Source: Oculina patagonica | Taxonomy: Eukaryota | Length of the DNA stretch: 64,000 nt | Direction: 5' to 3' | Assembly: GCF_052425735.1 (NCBI RefSeq) | Contig: NC_135758.1 | Span: 47,678,001-47,742,000, forward strand | Shown: positions 52,807-62,808 of the stretch, one piece after another | Numbering within the stretch: the stretch's first letter is position 1 | How the letters are laid out: each line of letters begins with the position of its first letter | Notes under the pieces: model-generated | Told to the model about the DNA's origin: nothing | The model's database searches: none | What the model saw: the letters and a program-made list of their open reading frames with translations, nothing else | Position numbers and translations under genes: made by a program

Positions 52807-54478
52807 AGTTTTGCTTTCGTTTTCTCCTTGCGTTCTATCAGAGATGCTAACTTCAGAAGTCAGTGAGTGACCTGGTGGGTTTTAGCATGTATCACCTTTT
52901 ACCGCGTTTATGTTAACAGTGGCTCACGATGAAAACTAGCTTGCCCTTGTGAGACGTGTAAATTGATTGGCTGATCATATAAACAATCGCCTTAATTGAC
53001 CCCCGAGACATCAAGTTTATACAAAACTGCTTTGAAGTGAGAAAGGTGTCACACTAACAATTCGCTGTTGGGCGTTAATTGCTCAGAAAGTCTGCATTCA
53101 ACGACTTGTGATTGGGCGGGCCGGCTTAGCGCACGACAATCTGCGTGAAATATTTTGCCTGTGGTATGCGCAGGTGTAAAACGTTTGGTTTTTGGGTTTT
53201 GTGTCTTATCGCTTAGTATTAATACCATCCAATTAAAACTTTTTTAAACTGGCTTATGACGCAGCTGATCCAGCTCGGATAAAGCGAGTGCAACAAAGAA
53301 TCCCTGTGGTTGCAATAATTTAAAAGTTAGGGAAGTAGCTAAATTATTTGCGCAAATGACTTTGATGATAGTAATTCATCGGCGCAAGTGAAAAAGACTC
53401 ATAATAAAGAAAAAACACGGCGCGCTAACTTGGCACACTTTGCGCGCAAACATGACATCAACAATGGCAAGAAAATTTAATTGTTTCCTATCAAATGTAG
53501 TCAATCAAGAGATTTTTTCGTGAAAAAAGAAACACCGACTTCTTTAAAGATATTTGGAAAGAAATTTGATCTGACGTTTTGGTGTATTATGCCAATAATC
53601 ACTCTGGTTATTTGGTGCGGACAAATTTTTTTCTCAGGTCTTTGTGTGTTGTAAAACAATGCTTCGTCACACTCAATCATCTTTTGCAAATTGTCACACC
53701 AAAACTGATCTAATTAATCGGCGAAGTTTAATTTAACTTTTTCATCATTCAACAGCGAAAACATGCCTTTCTTCAAAGTGCTTTAAAGTTTGCTCTGATT
53801 ATTCTGTTTCTTAAAATGTTGAAAAATTCCCAGAAAAGTTTTAATCTTCTTTTTCAGCGCGTTTCTCTGACGAAAGTAACCCGCGAAAATTATGACCGCG
53901 GCAACACTGTAAAGAACACAATAGGTGTGAGATGAAGAGATTGCCCTTTGGGATTTACGGATTCTTACAAGCACACTTCCATAAAACTTGTGAAAACAGT
54001 CATTAAAGAAACGAAAGCGAAGTTATTTCTGAACCTCTGTCTTCTTGAATTGACGTCCGCGCATGCTAAATTGAAAACAGGAACGGAGTCTGGAACGACC
54101 ACTGAAAAGGAGCGTGGACGCTGGGGCGAGATTAAGATTGACGTCTGTAAATGTGAAATAAAACCTATGTTTAATAGCGTCTATTTCTTATTTTGAATGA
54201 CATTCAACGGGCAATCATCAACTAATCTCAACGGAGCCTCATGTCAAACCTCCCGGCACGACTACTTTAAACAGGTTCCTTAGAGTCCTTTTATTCCTTC
54301 TGACCGCGCGAAAATTATAAAAAAAGGTTGAATGTCGGATTTCGTTAAAAGGAAACGTTGGATAAGTAATATGATGTGTTATCGTTGTTTGTATTTTGAC
54401 TCATTCTTCGTGCTCGCCAAAATACTGCAAGACTTGTAAAAATATACAGCAATAGTACAAGGCACTAAAATGTCCTTA

Positions 54479-54773
54479 TTAGAGCGGTTTTCACTTTAGT
54501 GTCGAAAGTAATTCCCATTTCTTTGCATTACTACGCTTTATAGTGATTGAGTGATTGGTTTAAAAAAACTCCCGCCAATTTCCATTGATGACTCCACAAC
54601 CAAAACCAATCGTGTCTCGCACGCGCACGTTTTCCGCCCGCGCTTTCCCCGGGCTACACGTATTTGCTTCGAGTTTTGCTGTTTGGTTTACTAAATTGTT
54701 TGCCTCCTTTGTAATTGATCAGAGTGATTAATTTGGTTGTGATTTTATGACACTCAACTGAAAACTGCTCTAA
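54479..54773. mobile_element. MITE
   Basis: TTAGAGCGGTTTTCA ... TGAAAACTGCTCTAA termini. Confidence 0.7.
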
Positions 54774-55352
54774 GACATATGTATTTAACTATTTCGAAAG
54801 CCTGCGTTCCTATGTAAAGATACAGAAAGATATTATCACAGATCTAAGAACTGCTGCGTTGTCTTTCGAGCCGGGGAAGTAAATTCCCATCCGTATAAAG
54901 ACTTTTACGCCGAAGTTTTTGACTTCGTGCTTCACTGCTTTCTTCACATAACCCTAAACATACAAATTAAAATCGTCTCACGCAGTCCGTAAATCCACAC
55001 ATTTGATTTTCCAAGTTGACCGGGTGGCCCTCTTCCATCCCTGGTACGAGGCCAAGAAAACTGGGTTCCACTAGGCCGACAGGACCTGGAAACGAGATAC
55101 TTTGTGCCAGCCTCGTCCCCAGGCCATACCGCGCTATGCGAGTGAGCGGAGGAGGACTGGAACCGAGCGCGATAGCGCGAGGCCTGGCACAAAATGGCAA
55201 AAAAGTCCCAGTTTAGCGAGAAAAAGTCCCAGATATAGTTCGACGAAAATATACGTTTTTCTGCGAGGAAAAGAAAATATTTCTGGTTCATGAGAAAACT
55301 GCATCCCTTTTGAACATTTGTGGACTATTTTAGATGGCGGAGACAAACTGTA

Positions 55353-55980
55353 ATGCCGTTTTTTCCTGCCTTGCAGAATGGTATTGGTCGTATTAGAGTT
55401 AAGAAAATTATTCTGTTATTTATATTGTTTTCGTTCACTACTCGTCGTGATACATGGGTCTACATGTATCTAGAAGTTCTTTGTGGTAAGCAAATTACGT
55501 TCGCCAGGTACTAGTAACTGTGGTAGTTTTATTTAAACCTAAAAGGCGTCGATCTCAATTTTTATAGACCTAGGGTCGGGATTTTCGACCTTTGTTATTT
55601 ACAAATTTATGTGCGAAAACAAAGAAACAATTCAGCTTACTTGAGAGAAGAGGGCTGATCCCCCGATGCATGTAAGCTTGTCATTGATTACCTGTAAATT
55701 TTTATTTCGCTTTTTAGAGAAAAAAAATCTAACTCTCGTAAACCAAAACTTTATTTGATCTTGTTGTAGCCTGTCTTTTTCTTGTATACTCTGGCTCATT
55801 TCATTAGCAGGAGATGTTAATCCAAATCCTGGGCCATGTTCAGGTAATATATAACAAGTATGCTTCAATCATTTTCGTCAATTCAATGAGCTTATTAAAT
55901 AAAAAATACAGCTGGTCATGCTTATTGCAGATTCCGAGTGTGAATTGATATCATTTCTATTGTGTAGCACCACTAAATAG
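55353..55980 (+). pseudogene. Decayed spliced ORF encoding a 2A/StopGo-like peptide (WLISLAGDVNPNPGP)
   Basis: Putative exons 55353-55485, 55718-55843, 55931-55980 are phase-compatible. There is one in-frame TGA at 55756. The GDVNPNPGP motif is at 55810-55836. Confidence 0.55.
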
Positions 55981-56221
55981 CCAACAGTTCTTGTCAGCCC
56001 AAAAGGTGTGGAAATTTATTTCAATTTCCCTCAAATGCAGAGTTAGCATTTCAGCTGAAGTTTATATATTTTGCTGCCAATTTCGTGTGCACTGCTTTCC
56101 CCTCTAGACAAGGTACATACTGCATCATTGTAGACACAGCTTGTTTAACAAAGTATGATTCTTCTGCTATTCTCTCTGACATTTACTTGCAAAGAAACAC
56201 ATAAACACAATATATATACTA

Positions 56222-56810
56222 ACTGAGCTAAGCAAATACATATGGAAGCTCAAAGAGGAGGACAAGGATTTTAATGTTACCTGGAAAGTTCTCTCTAAGG
56301 CCAAACCGTACACGAACACTTTAAAACGTTGTGACCAGTGTACTACTGAGAAATTGTTTCTAATTTGTTGGCCACATATGGCAACTCTTAATAAGCGGAA
56401 CGAGCTTATTTCTACGTGTAGGCACAGGCGAAAATTTATTTTAAAGTTTAATTTTAAGGTTTAATTTAGAATTTCATACACTAATTTTAGCGCGAGCAAT
56501 TAGTGATGCTTTTCAAGCTCTGATATGACAACTGAGCACGCGCGCGTGCTCTACAGTGTAAAATTTAAATTGTAACGGTTAACAGTGCGATCAAAACAAT
56601 GATGTAGACTGTAACAAACTAGTGTACATGCTGTTTAACTGAAGAGTGGGTCACCTTTATGGTGGCCTACAAAACTGATTTGTAACGGTTAACAGTGCGA
56701 TCAAAACAATGATGTAGACTGTAACAAACTAGTGTACATGCTGTTTAACTGAAGAGTGGGTCACCTTTATGGTGGCCTACAAAACAGATTTGTACTGAAT
56801 GGTAGTCAAC
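56222..56810 (+). mobile_element. Penelope-like retroelement 3' fragment (GIY-YIG C-terminus plus pseudo-LTR with 110-bp tandem duplication)
   Basis: 56222-56464 reads TELSKYIWKLKEEDKDFNVTWKVLSKAKPYTNTLKRCDQCTTEKLFLICWPHMATLNKRNELISTCRHRRKFIL, typical of a PLE endonuclease end. Followed by a direct repeat 56571-56680/56681-56790. Confidence 0.85.
56740..56803 (+). ncRNA. Degenerate minimal type I hammerhead ribozyme (second partial copy at 56630-56684)
   Basis: Stem I gctgttta/tgaatggt, core CTGAAGA, stem II GTGGGTCACC-tttat-GGTGGCCTAC, AAAAC in place of GAAAC, near-palindromic stem III ACAGATTTGT, GTA cleavage triplet. Confidence 0.6.
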
Positions 56811-57985
56811 TGAATTTGAGTTGTTCATTAGAAAAAAGATTATACTGTGTTTATATGTTTATTTACAAATAAATTAAAATATCAAAATATATAATGTTTA
56901 AATATTGTTTGAACCGCTCCAGAAAAGCTGGTTACTGGGGCTTTTAGACCAGCTTCTTTTTAATTTGTGACCCCCATTCTGCATTCTTGATAGCCCAAAA
57001 ATATTTGTATTTTTCCTCACATGGGTACATTGACTTTTTATCCCATTCCTTAAACTACCACCTTTTTAACTCCTACTTGCAGAGATATTAAACTGAGCTT
57101 GACTGACACACACACACACACACACATAAACACAGTACAGTATACAAAAGTATTTACATGTATTCAACTCTTGCAATACATACTAAAACTAGTAGTAATT
57201 GGAATTTAGGGGAGTGCATTTGGTAGGGTGGGGTGATTTGGGGGAGGAGGCAGTGGAAAGTGTTATATTATGTTTTCATATTCTCTTGATATTTGAGGTC
57301 TGTCCATAGAAAATGTATGACATTGCCAGCTGATTAAACCTGATCTGCTTGTACCAACCCATCTTTCTAAAGCATAAGAGAAGAATAAAGCCTTTTGATT
57401 GATTGTGCCAAGCTAAGTGGCTAAAGGTCTTTAATGAATCCAAATAGAATACATTGTATATCTAGAAGATACTCTGGATAATGTTTGTATAGTAACAATA
57501 TAAATATAACATTAACTAACAGTAACATACGACTTTTAAACTGAAATGTAGCCATTCTAAACATTTTGATACCAGTCCATTAGGAACAGTTTTTTGTTTC
57601 CTTACAATCATAATCTTGTCAATGCTTAGTGGTCGAAGGGAATTTGATATGTTATAGAGTCTCACAAGTCTGAAGTTCACAAGAGAGAAGTTGAATCTGT
57701 TAAGCAGCTGAGTTGACACATCACAACTCGGTATCGTCACCTAGGCGAATTGCAGCGTTTGTTTCCCAGAAAACAAACCACTACACAGCTTTCTAATTTT
57801 CTGATAAGTAGCTTTAGTCATATATTTTGCTACTGATACTTCGAATAAATAGTTACAACTTCACTTACCTTGGAGAAAACTGCGAAAAATATTCGAAAAA
57901 AGCGAAGGCAAAGGAACAAAGAAAGCACACACGAAAGCACAGTTGAAAGTACTGAAGGATTATCAGCTTTGAGCCTTTTATCTTA

Positions 57986-58333
57986 TCACCGCTGTTGTTG
58001 TTGTGTCAGCGAGAAGCAAAAATACTCATCATACGACTTTCCACGAACGGCCACTATTCTATCTCCGTTCACCAACAGAGAAATCGATCGATAGAGACAG
58101 CTCCCATCGCCAGTTACAGTTAGTGGAACATATTCTTCTTCAAGCTCTTTAGATGGTACAATTTGTTGCGCATAAAAATCGACATTTAATGTTTCTACCT
58201 TAAATAAAAAATCTCCAATTACTTCACGAGTTTGCTGGCAGACATGGATGAAGGAATCCCAGCCAAATTCTGACGCGTTTTTAAGTTCTTCAAGAAGTTG
58301 ACTGAAGTTCAATCGTTGGACAGCCTCCGCCAT
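57986..58333 (-). pseudogene. Truncated vertnin-like / OTU-like cysteine protease ORF
   Basis: MAEAVQRL...DFYAQQIVP...YVPLTVTGDGSCLYRSISLLVNGD carries the OTU catalytic Cys-loop GDGxCLYRS. It ends before any His-loop and lies inside the TIR element. Confidence 0.65.
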
Positions 58334-58512
58334 ATTGGATTTGCCGTTTATTGCCAGGCGTCCTAGGCGAACTTTCCCGACAAGCTTGACGGGTGACGTC
58401 ACATCCAAATTCGCCGGGGACGACTGGGGACGAGGCTGACTTTGTGCGCTTGTACTCAAAACGTTACCGCTGGCATCTGAAGAACACGAAAACTTTTGAA
58501 AACACCAGAAGG

Positions 58513-61500
58513 ATGAGGCGAAGTAAGCGTTTAGAGGCGAAAAAAGCGGGGATATTTTCCGAAACTGAAGGAAGCAGTCAAGAAGAAACTGCAGATATCG
58601 AAAGTCTTGATCTAGAAGCCTTAGTTTCAAAAGCTTATGATTACATTAAACAAAAAATTGCAACGAATGAGCAAGAACAAGTTGATGATCAAGATGTCTC
58701 CAGTGAAAGAATTGCGAGCTCGAGCTCACAAGAAGAAGAAGAAGAGCCTGGAAAAGCAGAGGAATTTATAACTCTTCCAACTGAATTCAAAAGAAAATTA
58801 AAAGAGTAAGTCGATTTTGAGATATTTGAATAGATTTTGCAAATTAAGTTTAAGTCTTAGAGAAGAGATCAAAAAGGCAATAAGCCCACGTGTTTATACA
58901 TCTAAGCTTAAGCTTAATTTGCTTTTATTCAAGTACACACTGGTACCAGTTATTTAACAGTTGTCCTGCAAAATAGTACAGAATATCACCTGATACCTTA
59001 ATAACTGATGAGGCCTTCAGCCAAGTGGGCTAAAATCAGATGATATTCACAAGAATGAGCAGGATAATTGTTTTATTATTCAACAAATTGCCAGCGAATA
59101 ATATTTTACTGCTTAAAATACTGTGGTTATGCAGTGTTTTGCAAGACTTTGGAAATCTTGGCAACCTATGCATATTTAACAATTATTTCACGATTGGGGT
59201 TGGATATGATCTCATAAATAATTGTTTTATTAAAAACGTCCAAACAATTGCAGTAATTTAGCTCCCCGGTTGTTTCCATTGACACGTATCAACTGCATTT
59301 TGTGGACAATGGTATATGAGCTCATATATCATTGCCTGTTAACCAATCAAAATGCAGGATTTGCAATATACCATTGCTAGTTTTTAATAATGCAGGATAT
59401 GTGTTACTGTACCTATGGATGATTGATAACTTACACTGGAAAGATGAATGTTTATTTGTTTTTCTCATGGTGGAAAAGCTTTGAGGCATTGATCGTGACG
59501 TTTCGTCTGCTATACTGCTAGTCTTCATCAGGTGATGAAGACTGGCAGTATATTGATTGTTTAGGTATCGCTATTTGTAGCATGTTGGTTCACTGCAATT
59601 CTGAGCCCAGTTAACTAATACTCTCACTGACCCCGTCTCAAATTTACAGGAACAGCATAACCAAAGTTAAAACTATATAACAGGACTGAATCTTTGTTTG
59701 TTGTAGGCCTTCACAACTCTCATCTGAGCTGCAAGTGGGCATGAACACAGAGGACTTATATCTCAAGTTTGACAAAACCAGCTTCAAACCTGCTATAACT
59801 AGTAGAAACTTTGATGATGTTGCTGGTAATAACAAAGAGGTAAACAATTCAAGAGTTTCAGACTTGAGAAATTAAATTTTGGTGCTTCTAGGCAAAAGAA
59901 TTATCTTTGGTGACTCATCCAGTGACTGTCTAGTGGAGTAAATGTCATTAATGTCAATCTGCTGTTCTTTGTCATTTTGTTACCTAAAATTCCATGTATC
60001 TCTCCTGAATTTCATGACCTTATATATACTAGTTATGCAATGCTTTCGAGTGGTATACTATGGAATATCCCACGAGTCACTTGTATTTTATCGGTATACA
60101 CACAAGCCTTTAGGCGAGTGTGTATATACCAAGAAAATACAAGTGACAAGTGGGATATATCATAGTATACCACGAGAAAGTGTTGTGTAACTATTTTATA
60201 CCATGCCATAGAAAATACGCTTACTAAATTTCGTCGAGAATACAATCGCAGCGCACGATGGGAAGGTTGGGTTGAATACCGTTGAATATACAACGGCTTT
60301 CCTGTATTCTGATTGGCTGTATTTTCTATGGCATGGTATAAAGCACAATCTATTACTTTTGATCTCCTGAGCTGAGGATGATGGATCATAAAGTTTTTTG
60401 GATTAAAATGAGACTGCAAAGATTTGACTAAGAATATTTATTTATAACTGTCCATGAGTTATCCTAATTCTCCAAAATTTCCAGGTTTTTTTTTTTTAAA
60501 TTTTTAAATTCCTTTGTAGTTTCTGGAATTTTCATGATCTGTCTGAACTGTGAATGTTATCAGATTGCGTATTGATTGGATTTTATTTTTATTCTTGACC
60601 TTTATTTTCTTGTTTACCTTGGTCCCTATATTGAGATTTTCAGATCTGCAAAAGAGTGGTTAATAGAAAGGAGTACTTTGACTCTTATTGTCTCTAGGAT
60701 AAAAAAAAAATTAAAAAAAATTACCTTTATCTATACACAGTTGTATTTTTAAAAAAGCTAGAAGCTTGTGGGACCGTTTATCCCTGATCAAAATATTGGA
60801 AGTGTTGGTTTTTTGTGGAGGAAGGAAAACCAGAAAACCTGGAAAAAACTCTGTGTAAAGAGAAGAATCAACAACAAACCCAACCCACTTATGACGCGGG
60901 GTCTGGGATTTGAACTTGGGACACATTGTTGGGAGGGCGAGTTCTCTCACCCTGCTCCCCAGGATTGTTTGAACAGTAACATTGCAATTTTTGTCCTTGT
61001 TTCTTTCAGCTGATGAAACGAAGTGTCATTACAAGTGACTTTGAAAAGAGACACTCTGTTCCCCCAATGCATGTTTCACAGTATGCTAACAGGAAACAAA
61101 AGAAGGTAATGTTCAAAAGCCAATCAAGTTAAATTTTACATGTTTGTGTTATCAGTTGTTAACTGTTGCTGACCTTAAATCCCTCACAAATACTAAAAGA
61201 ACGCCGACATTTTAAAATTGCACTGAATTGAACTTTGAAAACAGGTCTTTACTAGGAGATAAGATGCTCATTATCAGTGTTGTGACATATAATTAATTTT
61301 GTTGACATGTAATGAGATGTCTTCATGGATATTTCAGAAAACCAAAGAGGAGTCTGCAGGGCCAATGTGGTTCAACCTTCCTGCAACTCAAATAACACCA
61401 GAAATTGAACAGGACATGAAGATAATAAAGATGCGAAATATCTTGGACAGAAAACGGCATTACAAGAAGAATGACTCTTCTGCATTACCTAAATATTTCC

Positions 61501-62808
61501 AGGTATGTTGAAAATTCAATTTTGGTTTATCAGGTTATATTCTGGGCCAGGTTCAAAGCATGGTCAAGCTAATCCAGGATTAGTGCGAATTTTGATTTCA
61601 GATTTTTAACATTTTAGTGAGGTTTTTATGTTTACATGTCCTGCCCTCCAGTTTTAATGTTGACTAATCTCAAACTATGCAAAACATTCGCAGTAAGAAC
61701 ACTCATAAAAAAGAAATTGAATCCTTGGTCAACTTTTAATCCTGGCTTAGTGTTAATCGGCTTTCGAACAACCCCTGCCCTGGATTGCTTTTCAGGTTCC
61801 CAGTCAATACATAGTAAGCACTGAAAACCCTCTCCACACAACACATCACAAGTTGCAAAAAAAACTGTACTATCATCAACCCTACTAATAAATTGCTGTA
61901 TTGTTTAGATTGGTACTGTGGTGGAGGGTTCTGCAGAATTCTACACTTCTCGTATTCCTAAACGCCAACGAAAAAATAACATGATTGATGAGTTACTTTC
62001 AGATGCTGAATTTAGAAGGTATGTCCCATTTGTGACCCGCATACAAACAAAATGCTATTTCAAATTACTGGTATACTGTCCATTGTTATACAGTCAACTC
62101 TCTCTTAACGTACACGTCTATAAGACAGACATCTCTTTAAGACAGACACCTGGTGACGGTTTCATCCCTGCCATTTTTCAGTCATTTTACTGTAACTAAA
62201 CTCCCTTTAAGACGGACACCTTTCTAAGACAGACAGTTGGAGCTGGTCCCGACAACATCCGTTTTAGAGAGAGTTGACTGTATCTCTCATTGCTAGAATA
62301 TGGACAGCCTTCGACTTTCCTCCTTTGAAAAAGACAACATTTTGGTGTGCTACATACTGTAAGATAAAGGTTGTTCATGCCCTTTACAAAAATTTTCCTT
62401 TCTTACCCACAAAAGCTTACAAGTGTAAAATATTTCACCTTTTGAGAGAAACTAAATGACACACCTTTGAACCTTGTCAGCCACTTGGTTTGGTGTAATG
62501 AACAATAACTCAAAATCAAGCTGATAAATTTCTTTCTTCTTAGCAACTGTTTGCTTAACATTGTATTGATTACATTAGGAGAAAGTAGATGGTGATCACC
62601 ATTGGAAAACTTGTTGCTCTTAGATGCAAGGCTGAATAATATTCGTGATGTAATTTCCGTAATCAATTTGGTGATGCATTGTGTTTGCTTCTGTTACAGA
62701 TACAACAAGAAAAAATACTTAGAAATACAGGCTGCAAAGCAAAGTGGAAAGAAAGGATTTCACAAAAAGAAAATGAACAAAAGAAAACCAACTGCAACAA
62801 GGACTTAG
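58513..62808 (+). CDS. DNTTIP2: Deoxynucleotidyltransferase terminal-interacting protein 2 / Fcf2 pre-rRNA processing factor (6 exons)
   Basis: Exons 58513-58805, 59707-59839, 61010-61105, 61338-61502, 61909-62018, 62700-62808. Fcf2 domain AGPMWFNLPATQITPEIEQDMKIIKMRNILDRKRHYKK...PKYFQIGTVVEGSAEFYTSRIPKRQRKNNMIDELLSD. Confidence 0.92.
60750..60960 (-). mobile_element. tRNA-derived SINE in DNTTIP2 intron
   Basis: Minus strand shows a B-box GTTCAAATCCC, then GTGGGTTGGGTTTGTTGTTGATTCT...GGTTTTCC. Confidence 0.7.
62091..62280. mobile_element. Tc1/mariner-type MITE (TA TSD)
   Basis: TA|CAGTCAACTCTCTCT ... AGAGAGAGTTGACTG|TA with AAGACGGACA repeats. Confidence 0.88.

Larger units (their letters stand above)
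55108..58438. mobile_element. Non-autonomous cargo-carrying DNA transposon with 15-bp TIRs and 9-bp TSD (AcademH- or Mutator-like)
   Basis: Left end CAGCCTCGTCCCCAG (55108) and right end CTGGGGACGAGGCTG (to 58438). Flanked by identical ACTTTGTGC at 55099-55107 and 58439-58447. Confidence 0.88.

Noticed and set aside
58334-58630. N-terminal extension of the 214-aa minus ORF and the 58393 upstream start for DNTTIP2
   Set aside because: Both read through the transposon TIR/TSD junction from non-ATG starts. The real starts are more plausibly 58333 (-) and 58513 (+).
58981-59110. CTGATGAGGCC motif suggesting a ribozyme
   Set aside because: No GAAA partner. It is part of an imperfect palindromic repeat (GAATATCACCTGAT...ATCAGATGATATTC).
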